The notes beneath the pieces are model-generated. The model had not been told where the DNA came from and did no database searches. It worked only from the letters and a program-made list of their open reading frames with translations. The position numbers and the translations under genes are program-made. A stretch of 60,000 bases of DNA from Vicugna vicugna (lineage: Eukaryota), in NCBI GenBank assembly GCA_013265495.1, contig MU058714.1:1118001-1178000 (forward strand). Direction: 5' to 3'. Numbering within the stretch: position 1 is the stretch's first letter; each line of letters begins with the position of its first letter. Positions 46,901 through 60,000 of the stretch are shown here, piece after piece.

Positions 46901-49900
46901 CTGGCCCTAGGACTGGAGGGGTGGCAGGGATGTCCAGTTCTGTGACATCTTAGCAAGAGGGTCACTGCCTGCCACTCCTGAGCTTGTGAGCGTCTCTGGC
47001 TGAGACCCCCGCCCTCCCTGACCCTCCCTCGGCGTGTGCGGTGGAGGAGGCAGGGAGCCCTCATGGCGCTGGGCCCACGGACACTGGGGGGGGTGCGGGC
47101 AGACACAGTCGAGGCGACGGCAGCGTGTGGAGGGGTGTTGGTCTCACCTGTAGAGCACAGGTCGGAGTTTGGAGAGGCTGCTGGTCGTTGGCCGTGTTGT
47201 GGGGTCTGTGTCCCGGCTGCAGGAAAGTGGCCTCGTGCAGGGGCCTCTCTGTGGCCCTCCAGCGTCACAGCAGGCGTGAGCAAGGCCCCGTGGCCCTGGG
47301 GGCAGCTGCACGGTCTGTGCAGGGAGGCCTCCCTCCTAGCCTGGCACTTCTTTGGTGCTGGTGACGAGAGACACTCCCTTTTTCTTGGAAAGTAGACAAG
47401 GCCGCCTCTTCCCGTCCCGCACGTGCTGTGGGATGTCGGCTCCCTCCCAGCAGAGTCCCACGGAAGACTCCGTGGTGTGGTGGACAACGGAGCCCTGGGC
47501 CCTCTTGGGCAGGGCTTCTGCCTCTGTTGATGCCCGCGTCCCCTCCCAGGGCCCCGCAGGTGCCTGCGCTGTGTGTGGAGGGAGGCGCTGCACAGACCCC
47601 TGGATGGGCAGCCGGCGGGGTGGGGACACTCACAGGCAGTTGGGGGTGGCTGGGCCACTCTCAAGGCCTCTGAGGGTGGGTTTGGGCCCTTCCTGGGCCT
47701 GGGGATGGCATGGCCCGCTGGGTCCAAGAGCCTCTGCGTGCGCCCTAGCACAGTGATGCACTCCAGCTCGGGGAGGCGCCCACCAGAGGAGCCTCTCCCA
47801 CAGAGAAGTTCCTTGCGGAGAGGATCTGCCACCAGGGTCCTCCCTACAAGGTCCTCTCGGACCCATCTCATCACTGGGGCTGCGTTTCTGGGAGATCAGC
47901 GATCTGCAGGCGGGGGCGGGGTGACTGCGCCTTCCTGTGGAAGCCCACCCTCCGGCCTGGAGCCAGCATCCGGGAGGAGCTGGAAGCAAGAGTGGCCCTT
48001 TGGCCAGGGCGGGAGGGGCTCCCTGGGACACCAGCCCCACAGTCCTTACGCGTCTGCCGCCGCCTCCAGGCCGGCGAGGCGGTGGCTGTGTGACCAGGCC
48101 GTGCAGCCCAGGTGGCCTGGCTGGCACCCCGCGCTCCTGCCCTGCCCCCTCACTCACACATTCCTGGTGCGTGAGCTCAGCGCTGCTCTGAGGAAGTGAA
48201 ACCTGGCACTGTCCCGTGTGTCACTGGGAGGGCGTGGGCGTATGCCACGGTGACCCCCTGGTTGGCCTGGGCCTCTGCTGGTCCCCTTCCTGCTGTCCCT
48301 CAGGATATTTGGGGCTGGAGGGAGCGAGCTGTGGAGCCTCCTCTTCTGCCACGGGGAGGGCCTGCGCTCAGACACCACCCTCGCCAGTGTCAGCCGTGTA
48401 CCCGTCACGGCAGCTAGAAACCGTATACGGACAGGGCGCATGCGCGTACACGCCTGACGCTCCGGCGGCGGGGACCCAGCTGCCCTTGCAGGTTCAGACC
48501 CCGTTCTGTTCCGAGGACACGGCCACCCTCCAGCCTTGCTCCGCCCTGACGCGGAGCTGCGCCGTCCCCGCCGCCCACCCTCTGACCACAGCCCCTCGCC
48601 GTCTCCCCCGGACGCAGCGCCCTCATTAGCTGCTGCCTGTTAGGTGACGTCCCCAACCCCACTCCCAGGTGCTCCTTGGATTGGATGCATTCAGACTTGG
48701 GTTCCCCACTGCAGTGTCCCTAAAACCACTGACCTTCGTCCTGCCCTCTACTCCCTCCCGCCCCCAGCCCCGCATTGCCGGGGCCGGCCCTCTGCCCTGC
48801 CTTCACTCAGGTTTCTGAGCAGCTCCGAGGGGTCTATGGCTGCGTGGTCTTGGCTACAATCTGGGCTCCCCTGGGGCAGCTGGAGGATATGTTTCCAAGA
48901 AGCAAACGTACTTGGGTTGACTCTCGGCTTCCCCGTCCTGCCCAGGAAAGCGGGCGTCCCCACCATGGGCTGTTCCTGCACCTTCCTGTCTGTTCTCACC
49001 TGCCGCCTCCCTTTATCCTGCTCCTGGCGTCCTGCTCCACACCAGCAGACCTTGTCGCAGGGCCTTGGCTCTGCTCCTGCCTGTGGCTCTCCGCTCTCAG
49101 CCACAGTCCTGTCTCCCCTGTGCTTCCACTCGACTGAGAGCCCCCTTCCCCGTCTCTGAGGGAGCCGTGTCCTGCTGTCTTGTTCTGCCGCCCAGTGTGT
49201 GGTGTGGGACGTTAGCCCCGTGGGGACGGAACTTTGACGAGGTGACTGCTGCGTCCCCGTTGTTCCTCAGCCCGGTGCAGCACCCGGCAGGCGCCCTTAC
49301 CCTTGCTTCATCCAGGAGGGAAGGAGTACTTGTCCCGTGGACCCCGGCACTTGTTGGGCGTATTTCCTTCCCAGGTTCCCTGCACAGCGTGGAGGGGTGT
49401 GGCCCAGCCCTGGCAGTGAGCCCCTTGGCCCTGGGTCTCCATTCTGCTCTGTGCTGACACCCCGGCCGCACGGCAGGATGGGCGATGGAAAACACAAGTA
49501 TGGGGTTTTCTGGAGCCCGCACCTCATAGCCCTTTTCGGAACCTGCGTTGGTCCCACTGGCCTAGAGGAAGGAGCTGGGGACAGAAAGGTGTCCCGTGGG
49601 CCAGGCTGGGAGGGCGAGGGCGCCACTGTGTTCACACGGAAGCACCTGGGGCTGCGGCGGTCTGCCCACGGGGCCAGGCCGCTTCCCCTGCCCGCGCTGT
49701 TTCTCCCTTGTCCTCAGGAAAGACCAGACATGTATCACAAGGAGGAACTGAAGATGTGGGATGGGGCCACGGCCTTTCCTTAAAAGTTCTTGCAGTGTCC
49801 TCACCGGTGGACGTTGGCAGCCAGCTGTCAGGGCCCGTTACCCAGGGGAGCTCTCATTTGGCTGTTGTTTGCGTACGCCTGTTTTTATGCCTTGTAATTA

Positions 49901-50482
49901 AAACACTCATTTGGCCTTCGCAGTGAAAACCTAATTCGTTCGGTCTGAGAGCTGGTGGTGTTGGCACGAGGCTCGAGTCCGTTGGGTGCGCGGACGGAGC
50001 CTGTTGGGTCCTTCCTGGCGCTGTGTTTGCCATCAGCCTTTAATCAGAGCTGGTGCTTGGTAATTGATGTGTTGAGTGAGGATCCTGGTGGGAGGGGGCT
50101 CCAGGCCGGAGGAGCCTTTTGTGTGCGGCCTGCGGGGGGCCCTCCTCGCTGACTCAGCCCTGCCAGACGGGGTGGCGGCCCCTCTGCGCAGCGTGTCTGA
50201 GCCCGGCTGTGTGCCGGGTGCTGCCCACGAGGCCGGCGTGTGCTCGCTTGTGTCATCCGCGGGCCCGATGCAGTGGGGTCTGCTCCTACCCCGCTGTGCA
50301 GATGTGCAGGCTGAGGCCCGGGGCCTTCACCAAGGACACAGCTGGGACTGGACTGGGGCCTGACCATGTCTTCGTGGTCTCCTCCCTGGGCGTAGCACCT
50401 GCGGGATTCTCCCCTCACCGTTCTGACGCCCGGAGCTGCCCGGTGGCCCGTGCCCCTCATGCTATTCTCTTCTCTGTTTCAG

Positions 50483-50558
50483 ACCATCATGGAGCAGTTC
50501 AACCCCAGCCTCCGGAACTTCATCGCCATGGGGAAGAACTACGAGAAGGCGCTGGCAG
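50483..50558 (+). CDS. BAIAP2: BAIAP2 exon 2 (76 nt)
   Basis: tctctgtttcag|ACC; TIMEQFNPSLRNFIAMGKNYEKALA; G|gtgagg. Confidence 0.97.
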
Positions 50559-51987
50559 GTGAGGCCCGGGGCGGGTGGGGGCTGTCTCCATGGATGTGCA
50601 GCTCCCGGGCCTGATGGGAAGGGAAGGTGTTCCCGAAACACGACTTGGCGGAGGGAGGGCGGAGGCTCCTCACCCCGGAGGCCCGCGACGCTCAGTGCGC
50701 ACTGCGCGCCGGGGCCGGGAAGTGCCGGGGCGGCTTCAGCCCTGGAGATGGGGGCCGGGGGTCGGCCCTCGTGGCTCAGGCCGATGATGGGTCCTCTCTG
50801 GAAGGCGTCGTCCCAGGACATGGCTCGCCTCCCTGGGCTTCCTCCCCGAGCGGAGTAATTTCATTCCCAGCCATGTAGTGTCGATGTCCTTGTGGTGAAT
50901 CCGTCAGGGCCTGGCTGGGGGACGGGCTCACATGCCCTTGTCCCTGGACGCGACGCACAGGCCCCCGCCTGCGCTCCCCACGAGGTCCTGTGGGGACTGT
51001 GGGTGGAGCCGGCTGTATCCTGCCCCTGTCTGTTTTCCTGGACTGATGGGACAAAGCCCACTGGCCACATCACACTGTCCCTCAGCTGCCCTCCGTCTCC
51101 CCAGGCCAGCCAGGCCTCTGCCCACTTGGCTTGCCCTCCGTCTGTTCCAAGGAACCCACCCGTCCGGGTGGCGGACAGCTCCAGCCGCTGGGGCTTGGAG
51201 CCCACACGCGCTCTCAGGCTGCAGAGAAATTGTGTGCTTCATTGAAAGCCGCCTGAATAGAGTTTGATCAGCTGCCCAGTTGTAAGCCCCTAACCGGGTT
51301 CTGGAGAAAACAGATTCGAAATTGTAATTATGCTTCTGGCAGGTGCTCCCCGTGGCCCTGCTCCAGAGGGGCTCCGGCTTCCCTTCAGCCTGAGGGCACT
51401 GGGGGCTCCTCTGATGAAGGGGTGAGTGGGCACACCTGGAGTCTCGAAGTGTCCACATCCCGAGGATAGCTCTGCCACAGGCAGCAGGCACCAGAGCCTG
51501 GTCCTGGGAATCCGCAGGCCCGGAGCTTTGGTCCGAGTCCTGCGCGAAGTCAGGTTTGCCTCTCATTAAAGCAAAAGGCGCCGTGGGGTTGGGGCGAGGC
51601 CTTCCGCCCGCTCTGAGCATGTGAGTCACTCCCAGGTACACGTCTCGCTCTGCGACCAGGGGCAGTGACAGAGCCCCCTGCCCAAGCTGGCTGGGGAGTC
51701 TCCCTGCCCCCGGCTTTGCAGGTCTCTCGCCCGGGGCTGGTGTCTGTCTCATGAGAACACTGCGACCACTCCCCGTGGTCGGGGTGGCACCCTGCAGTTT
51801 GACTTGAATAGCTCGGGACGTGAGTCGACACTGTGTTCTCACACGGGAAGGGCTCTCACTGTGGGACCTGGGGAACACCAACAACAAACAGCTCGGGTCC
51901 TGCCTCGTGCGAGCCTGCCGGGCGCTGGTGCCACAGTCCTGTCACTGCCTTGCCAGGGAAGTAACCGCCCCTCCTCTCCTCCGTCAG

Positions 51988-52074
51988 GTGTGACGTACGC
52001 GGCCAAAGGCTACTTCGATGCGCTCGTGAAGATGGGCGAGCTGGCCAGTGAGAGCCAGGGCTCCAAAGAGCTCG
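51988..52074 (+). CDS. BAIAP2: BAIAP2 exon 3 (87 nt); gene continues beyond the window
   Basis: cctccgtcag|GT; GVTYAAKGYFDALVKMGELASESQGSKEL; G|gtaaga. Confidence 0.97.
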
Positions 52075-53084
52075 GTAAGACCCCCAGACTGGTGGAGACC
52101 CCCAGGGCCTCTGAAGTCGCCAGATGTCCCCAGGTAGATCTGGGACCCTGTCGTGTGTCTGGTCCTTCATTGATTTGGGGTTAGGTTTTCCATGTCCAGT
52201 AAGAAGAGACTCCCTGAAGTAGCAGTCACCCTTGCAACTGGCGAGGGCTGTGGGGTGCACACCCTGCTGAAAGAGGGGTACCCCGGGTGGCTCAGGGTCC
52301 CCTGAGGAACACAGTTTGGGGACGAGGAGACAGATCTGTGTTTACAGGGATTTGTGGCAAAGCCTGAATGGCCGGTGCAGGGACCGTGTGAAAAGATGGA
52401 CTCAAATGATGGCATTTAGTGACGCTGGGGAGGCGTCCCTGGTATGAAAACAAGGAGCCAGTTTTGTAAGAATACCAGCGAGGAACGTGGCTGCCACACG
52501 CAACTCGGGGACCTCGCTGGGCTGAGAGGAGGGAGCAGGCCAGACACCCCACGTGGGCCGGGCTGGACGTGGGCCTTTATTCAGCATCCAGAAAGCCGCG
52601 GGTCTGCAGCTCTGTGGCTCTAGAGGAAAACTGGCCTGCTGGGGACACAGAGCTGATCTGCCCTGGGCGGCCCTGTGAGGACTTGGAGGTGGGGGAGCCA
52701 TGGTGGTCAGGCCTGTAGGCTCAGCCTGGCTGGTGCCCTGTTGGATGTTTGAGGCGAACAGAGGCCTGGATCTTTGGTGATTGGCAGTGGCCATGAACCA
52801 GCCTATTACTGAGCTCAGAGGCCCTGTGTGGGCCCTGCCCAGCACTCCTGTTGTTCCTACCACAGACCCAGTGAGTGGAATTAGGGGGGCGGGCTGCACC
52901 TGCCGTCATGGCAGGATGTCCCTTCACCTCTCTGGGAGCTGCTGGGGGCTCCGGCCTAAATCAAGGAGCTTCTGGTTTGCTTGTGGGTTTTGGAAATCTC
53001 TCCAGGGGCTCATTGGGGTCCGTCACCAAATGGGAGTCTCTGTGCATGTCAGCAGGGGTAGCTGGTGAGATGCCAGCCTAAAGG

Positions 53085-53750
53085 AGACCCCGTTTCCTCT
53101 GCTCCCAGCAGTTCTGAGACCAAACGTGGGTTTTCCCACAGTTCAGATCACTTCTCACAACTATACCTGGGGTCAGGACAGACCCACTGGTTGGGGTCCT
53201 GCCCTGGGACTGCCCTCACTGCAGAGGTCAGTGTAAGTTATGGGTCTTCTGTGCCCACACTTCTGATTTGGCTACAGTTTGTGTTCCCGCCACCCTGTCC
53301 CCAGGTTTGGTAATTTGCTGGAATGGCTCACAGGACTCGGGGCAACGCTTGCTTTGATTATCAGTTTATCATAAAGGCCATGATGCGGGACGCAGTGGGC
53401 AGGTCCATGAGGGCGCAGGAGCCTTTGTCCCCGTGGAGCTGGAGTGCACCCCCCATGTGGGTATATCAATCACCCTGAGAGCTATCCAGACCCTGCGGTT
53501 TAGGGATTTCCAGGCGCCACCAGTTGTTAACCCAGCCTTCAGCCCTTCTCTCCCTGGAGGGTGGAGGTGGGACGGAAAGTTCCTCTTCTAACCCCGGGCG
53601 ATCTTTCTGGGGATCAGCCTCACCCAGGCTCCCACCCACAGTCACCTCCCTAGAACCGAGGATGCTCCCATCACCCAGAGATAACAGGGATGTAGGATCT
53701 GCGTCAGGAGCCAGGGCAGAGATCAGTGTGGCTTTCTTCTTGGTCGCTGT
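53085..53750 (-). mobile_element. MER21-like LTR
   Basis: ggtttggtaatttgctggaatggctcacaggactc...cagtttatcataaagg resembles the recalled MER21 consensus. Confidence 0.65.
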
Positions 53751-53779
53751 CATGCCAGCCCTGCTCTGGGAGTTAAATT

Positions 53780-54320
53780 TTTCCTTTTTGTAACGGATTT
53801 ATTGAGACTTAATTCACATGTACAACTGACCACTGCATAACACAGTCTGGTGGTTTCTGGTATGTTCATGGGGCTGGGGACCATCACCACTGTCTAGTTC
53901 CTAAACATTTTTACTCACCCCCAAGATGCAAGCTGTCGCCGTTAGTAGTCACCCCCACCCCGAAGTACTGATCTGCGGCCTGTCTGGACTTAACTGCTTC
54001 GGACGTTCCTGCAGTGGAGTGGAGCACTGACCCACTGTGACTGGTCACATCTGACTTCTCTCACTTAAGGTCATGTTTTCAAGGTGCACATGTTGTAGCG
54101 CACGTCAGAGCTCCGCTCTTTTCATAGCTGAGTAATATTCCGCCACGTGGACTCCATGGGTTGCTCCCACGTCTTGGCCGGGTTCAGTAGCACTGGGGTC
54201 AGCGGTCAGGCACAAGTGTCTGTGTGGACATTTCTTCGTGTGAGCCTGGGATGGGAACCGCCGGTCATGCAGTCAGAGTTGAATTTCTAATAAAGCAGTG
54301 CACACACTGGTTTAGAGACG
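53780..54320 (-). mobile_element. Old L1M 3' end remnant
   Basis: tttattgagacttaattcacat...ccatcaccactgtctagttcctaaacatttt...gctgagtaatattcc. Confidence 0.65.
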
Positions 54321-54519
54321 AGCTGCCCCCCCCCAGTCCGGCTGCCCTGCCCGAGGCCCGCTTGTCAGCCCTGTGTGTCATCTGCCTGCGTTTGCTTCCA
54401 TATGTATAAACAGGCGGGTTTGCACTGTTTTTTCTTAATTTTGGACACTGTTTAACGACTCTTACTCTAGAAGATCTGGATTTAGCATTTTTACACTGTC
54501 CCTTGCCCCCCCAGTAGAA

Positions 54520-55260
54520 CGGTGACCACCTTCGCTTTAATCAGTGTCTGGTGTAGCATTTGCAAGGTGGTGACGGGAACCCTTTTATCAGCTCAGAGGG
54601 ACCAGCCTGACCGCCGACGGCGTGATGAGGCGGACATGCCTGTGCACGCCTGCCCGGGTGGGATCGGCACTGTAGCCCCCCGCCCAGCCCCCCGCCCCTT
54701 CCCCTTCCCCCGTGTCCCCCTTCTGTGTCCCCACTCCACATCCCCCGTGCCCGGCAGCCACTGCTGTGCTTTCTGCCCGAGGTCCAGCCTGCACTCGTCC
54801 GAGTTCACGTCCGTGAAACCGCAGCATGTGCTGTGCTGTGGGTCTGGCCTCTCTTATCTCGTGATTGTTGTGAAAGCCACCCCTCCAGACCACGTGCTTT
54901 TGCGCTGTGTGGACGCGCCCGGCGGTTCGTGTGCTCTTCCGTGGACAGACGCTTGAGTTGTTCCCAGTTTGGGGTGTTCCCACATCTGCGTTTCTCCGTG
55001 AACGACTGGTGTCCGGCATCTTTCCGTGTGTCATTTGGTGAAGTACCTGTTTGGATCTTTGCCCCTCCTTCTGTGGTTGGATGTTTGTCTTGTGATTGAG
55101 TTGTGGAAGGTCTCTCTGTGTTGTAGGGAGAGATGCTCCATCAGATACGTATTTTGCACATGTTCTCTCCCAGTGTGGTTTGCTTTTCATTTTTGTAATG
55201 GTGTGTTTAAAATAGGTACGTTTGATTTTAATGAAGTTCAACTGAGTGATTTTTTTTTCC
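54520..55260 (-). mobile_element. Old L1M remnant (3' UTR / ORF2 end)
   Basis: Antisense frame NFIKIKRTYFKHTITKMK...WERTCAKYVSD resembles the ORF2 C-terminal region. Confidence 0.6.
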
Positions 55261-58200
55261 CAGAACTATAGCCTGTGGTTTCTGTTACTGTTCGAGAACT
55301 TTGTTTTTTTGGAGTTGTTAATTGCCTCACTCTTTCCTTTGCTTAGCTGTCTGTGTACTATCATTAACTCACTCCCAAAGCTGAGACCAAGCTCTGGGCC
55401 CTTCCCTGCTGGCAGCTGCCCCGTTAACGTGGCTGCTCCTCCCCCGGGAGCTTGCCTCCTGGAGCCAGTCCTGCTCTGACCCACCGGGCTGGCGGCTGGG
55501 CTGTGCTATGATGCCCCTTCTCTATACTGGGACCGAGTTTTCTGGGCCTCGGGTCCCGTCTTACTCCCACAGTAGGGGGATCAACCTTCCTTCTAGTGGC
55601 TCTTAAGCAGGAAAGGGGGGAGTACGTTTCTGGGCCCGGGTCTGTCTGCAGGTGCTGCCTTCCCTGGCACTGATGGCTTAGAATTCCAGGTGGGAGGCTG
55701 CCTTCCCTGGGACTCAAGGCCTCAGCCCCACTGTCCTGTGACTCCCAGTTCCTGTCCTCAGTGCCGTTTTGGCTGATTTTTTTTTTTTTAAATGTAGGTT
55801 TTTCGTTTTCCCTCCTGGAAGCTTTTGAGATCTTTGTCCTTGGGTGGGTATTTTGCAATTTCCAGATATGCTCCTGCATTTGTTGGAGGAGGTCCCGAGG
55901 GGCCTAGAGAAGACAGCATTCCAAGCGTGGGCATGGCTTGTGGCCTCCAGGGTCCAGGGAGAGGTAACCAGGAACTTAAGCTGCGACCCTGACCCCCGGT
56001 GAGGACAGCGGGGGCGCCGGAGGGGCAGAGGGCAGGAGCAAGGATAGGACCAGAAAACAGGGTGGGCAGAACGAGGTGCTTTGGCGGAAAGGATCTGGTG
56101 GAGGAGCAGCGGGCAGGGACTGGGGCTTCAGGCTGCGGGAAGCTGAGTTCGTGCTGCCTGGCGTCACTCCAGCCGTGCTGCATGTTCACTGTCATAGAAT
56201 ATTCCACGAACGCGAGAAGAACTCGTGTCCTCCCTTCTCTCCATCAGCTCTTGGGTTACTCCTGGTGGATTCTGCTCTGCATGGGCTGGCCCGTGGGACT
56301 GACACCGAGCCCTGCCGTGGGGTGACTTGGTGCCGTCCTGCGGGACCGCCTCCAGTGTGACGCCCTGGGGCTCTCCCTCTGGGCCCTTCTGTCCCCTCAG
56401 GGGACAGCAGTGAGCGGGTGGGCTCACACCCGCTTTCAAGGATCTTCTCGTGCGCCCGCTGTGTGGGTGAGCCCTGCCCAGCAGGCCACCTGGCCCCCAA
56501 GCACTGAGGCACCGGCTCTGCTGAGGAGCCACGGTCTTCCAGGCCCTTCCAGGCCCTTCCGAGCTGCTCACCTCTGCTCCCTGCCATGAGGCCCTGGTAG
56601 AAATTTGAGACCTGGGGCCCTTGGCTGGAGTGTGGAGGGTTTAGGGTTTGGTGTACGTTTTGGCCGCTGTCCCTGTGAAACAGTGTCACTGTGTCGCACT
56701 CTGGAAACGTTTTCTTCCCGGATCCTCAGTTCTTTGGTCTCGTTGACTCTGCCTGTGGCCCTGGGCGTCTATATGCGCTCCCCCTCTCCAGAGGCTGGTC
56801 CAGATCCTGGAGGAGGGGGCTGTGCTGATTCCCAAATGACTCAGAGTCTGGGATGTTCGTCCACGGGCTGCTTGGTCTGGGGTGTGGCCTGTGTTTATAG
56901 GTGTCTGTTATGTTTGAAAACAACACATGTTCCCTGACTGTGGTGCGGGGTTCCTAATTGTGTTCAAATCTTCAGCAATTTTACCTCCTCGTTAGTAACT
57001 GAAAGAGACGTTCCTTCTACTCTCCAGGGTGGTGGCCCCGTCTTGTTTCTTTTTGGTTTTTGCTTTATGTGTTTTCCGGTTGTGTTATTGGGGGTGTAAA
57101 CTGTATGTCATGTCGGTCGTGTCTTCCTGAGGAGCGGAACCTTATCATGCAGTCGCCTCCTCTGTCCACACTAGTCCAGCTTTCAGACTTCTGTTTTGCA
57201 CTGTTTGGTTTCCTCTGCCCCTTCCTGTCTGCAGTCCCGGAGTATTGCTTGTTTCTGACCACTTTCTCTTCGGCATACTTTTTCCCCCAGGGTGGGAGGG
57301 AAGGGATGGGAGGTCCCTGCTGTCCCAGGGGTGAACCAGAGACCTCAAGGGGTGGGTGCCTCCTGGGCAGGGGGCGCTCTGGTCGAGGTGTATCAGCCTG
57401 GAGGGAGTCTCCTGGGCCAGGCACTGGGCTCCGACCGGTCTGGGGCCTGGCACACCGCACAGCACGGGGGCTTTGTCTGCTGTCTGGTTGATGACTTCCT
57501 GCTTGGGTGTGGCCCTTGGTGGCTGTGGGTCAGGGATTGCCAGGCAGGCAGTGGCAGGGACCCCGGCCCCTCCCCGCTCCCACTCCGTCCTCTGTGCGGA
57601 TCCCTGCCCAGTTCTTCCAGTTCTTCCTCCCTTTTCTTTCCCATGTGGGGCAGGAGCCTCGGGGCTAACTCTGCTCCCTGGGCCCACAGCCCGTTAGGAC
57701 AACGTGGGACCCTCGTCGAACCGCTGCACCCCCTCCCCATCTGCACCTCCTCCCTGTCTCCCTCAAGCCTTGCACCGCGTCCTTCTTGCGCAGAGGGAGG
57801 GTCCTGAGCAGCATGTGCGCCACCGCCGTCAGCCCAGCGCGGGCTGCTCAGAGGTGGACCCCATGTTGCCAGAGCAGAGGCACTTGCGACGCAAGGTCTC
57901 CTCCTGCGGGGTCGGAGCCCAGTCGCCGCGCTGCAGCCCGGCAGCTGCCCCTTTGTTCCTGCTCCCTGTGGAGAGCGAGTGGCCGGCCTGCCTTTGGTCC
58001 TGCGGCCGGGAGGCGGCCTTGGGCAGGGGCTCCAGACCTCACAGAGGAGACGGCCTCTCATCTTCACTCTGCTTGGCGCCGGCTGTGCTTTGATAGGCTG
58101 CTTGGTCGGGGTGCAGGGACGCCCGTGTTCCCCACCCTCACTGCCCTCTCATCCCCCACCAGTGGCCACCCACACGCACGGTTGACTTGCCTCCCCGACC

Positions 58201-60000
58201 ACCACCCTCGGCTCTGCTGGCTCGCCTGGGGTCACCCCAGGCAGGCATGGTCATGGAGTCCGTCCTGCCTCTTTGATCGGGGCACGTGGGGTGGCTTTTC
58301 CGAGGCCACATCCTGCTCGCCTTCCTCGCAGTTTTCTGTGTGTGCTGGGGCTGGCCGGCAGCTCGGGGCAGTGGGGGTGTCCCATCCGGGTCCGAGGCTC
58401 CAGGCCAGTCCCTGGTGTGTGCAGAGCCAGGACGTGGCCCAAGGGAGGGTGACCGCCCATCACCGTGGCCTGCAGGTGCTCATGCTTCAGCAGATAGACC
58501 GTGAATCTGGGGACTTGCTAAGATCTGGGAGCGAACACGTCTGCTTCTCCTGCTCCTTGCGCTGGAGTTGTGGTAGGGGGCAGCCGGGGTGGGGTGCACC
58601 CACCTCCCACCATCCTCCTGACTCACGCAACCTGAGATGCCGGTGGCCTGATGGGGAACACGGTGTGGAGTGTGGGTATTTCTGGAGTGCTCTGACGTGG
58701 GCTTTGGGGTCTCCAGGTCAGGTCCCTTTTGCCCTGATGGGGGACAGTGCAGGAGCCACCCTCCCATCCTGGGCGTGGTCAGCAGTGCCCTGTCCTTTCC
58801 AGGCTCTCCTGCTACCTTAAACTAAGTCACGGGACATCTCAAGTCACATCAAAGCAGAAAGAGCAGATGGAGAACCCACCGGCTGGCACAGACCAAGTAC
58901 GGCTGTCTCGTCTGCCCCCGACACTGCTCCTGTGGAGTCCCTGATGGCACCTCCTTTCTTCCCTCAGCCTCCGTGGGCGCCGTTGGCAGGCCCGGCCTTA
59001 GCCATGGGGCTGGGAGCATACGTGTTCCCCGTCCAGGCGGTGGACGGGCTGGCTTCGGGCCCTTCCTCCCACTGTCGCAGCCACTGGAGAATGGGCCTGG
59101 TGCAGTCAGCCCCTGTTGTCACACTTGCTCCCGAGCGCTGGCTCCGGGGGCGCCACGGTGGACATTGCTCTGGTTCTTTGTGTGGGGGACACTGTGCAGC
59201 CCCCTCGACAGCCGTGCCGCCGTCGACAGGGGCCCCCAGGGAGCTGCTCACCTGAGCACTACCGCCCGCTGGGCAGCCGCCTGCAGCCAGGCCCCTCCGT
59301 AGCTCCTCTCCCAGAGCGACTGCAGAGTGGGGCCGGGCCACGCCGCGCCGGGGAGGGAGGGGGAGCGGAGGCCGATGTGCTTGGGCTCTGGGTACAGCAT
59401 GCGAACGTGGGCAGGTGACTCGGGTGCTGTGCCAGCATCACTCATGCGAGGAGAAGGTCTCCTCAGCTGCCCTGTGCAGGACTGTGCAGGAGGCTGAGGG
59501 TACAGGTCCTGTGGAACGTTCTAGACTTTGCAGGGAGGAGGGACTAACGTGAGGCCGCAGTAGCAGCAAGGGGCACGGCCTGCCCTGAGTGTGTGGCCGA
59601 GCTGCACGCTGGGCCCGTCCCCCCCGGAGCCGCTGTCCGGCCTCCGCCCGGGGCCTCACCCTGGCTGGCTCGTCGGTCCACGGCTGCGGGCCCGCGGCTG
59701 AGCGGCTGCTTTGCTTGGCCCTCCTGGCCGTCTCCTGGGACCTCTGTTGTGTTCTCTGCCTTTGAAGAGCCCGCTTGTTTGTGATTCCGGGCGTGCGTGA
59801 GCTTGCAGTGCCCTAGGCCTGAGCTCGCCGCCACTTGTCGACAACCCCTGCCGTACGTGCACCGGCACCCCGGGGACAGGCCGGGGCTCCCTGCTGGGCG
59901 CGTCCGCGGAGCAAGAGGTGACTCCCCTGCACCTGAAACCGGGCCGGGTTTGGCCACTGAGTCACCAGGTTAAGGTGTGGCCCGGCCCCTTCCCTGCACT

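Noticed and set aside
46735..47874. 379-aa minus ORF and other long ORFs in BAIAP2 introns (50928-51887, 57786-58820)
   Set aside because: Pro/Arg/Gly/Ala-rich translations expected by chance in very GC-rich DNA; no recognisable domains
52075..60000. BAIAP2 exon 4
   Set aside because: The expected continuation (recalled as GDVLFQMAEVHRQ) was not found, so intron 3 extends beyond the window

Overview
Mammalian, GC-rich genomic DNA, most likely camelid because of its tRNA-derived SINEs and L1 3' ends (inference). It is syntenic with human 17q25.3. The window holds the complete 8-exon CHMP6 gene (+ strand, CDS 3345-8785, 201 aa, all introns GT-AG). It also holds the CpG-island/TATA promoter and first three coding exons of BAIAP2/IRSp53 (+ strand, from 36229), with a 182-N assembly gap in that promoter. 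Between the genes lies a ~15 kb LINE-1-rich block (about 11.9-27.2 kb). This block includes a 5'-truncated young L1 with an uninterrupted 904-codon ORF2 segment and a perfect 17-bp target-site duplication (TSD), nested three levels deep in older L1s. Most six-frame ORFs are GC-content artefacts. I found no well-supported novel biological system. The best leads are a 34-bp minisatellite built from the CHMP6 exon 6 splice donor, an old/young L1 chimera, a sharply localised AT-to-GC conversion tract, signs of a divergent BAIAP2 antisense transcript, and weak exon-like minus-strand relics between the genes. Repeat-family names are from recalled consensus sequences, not from a search.
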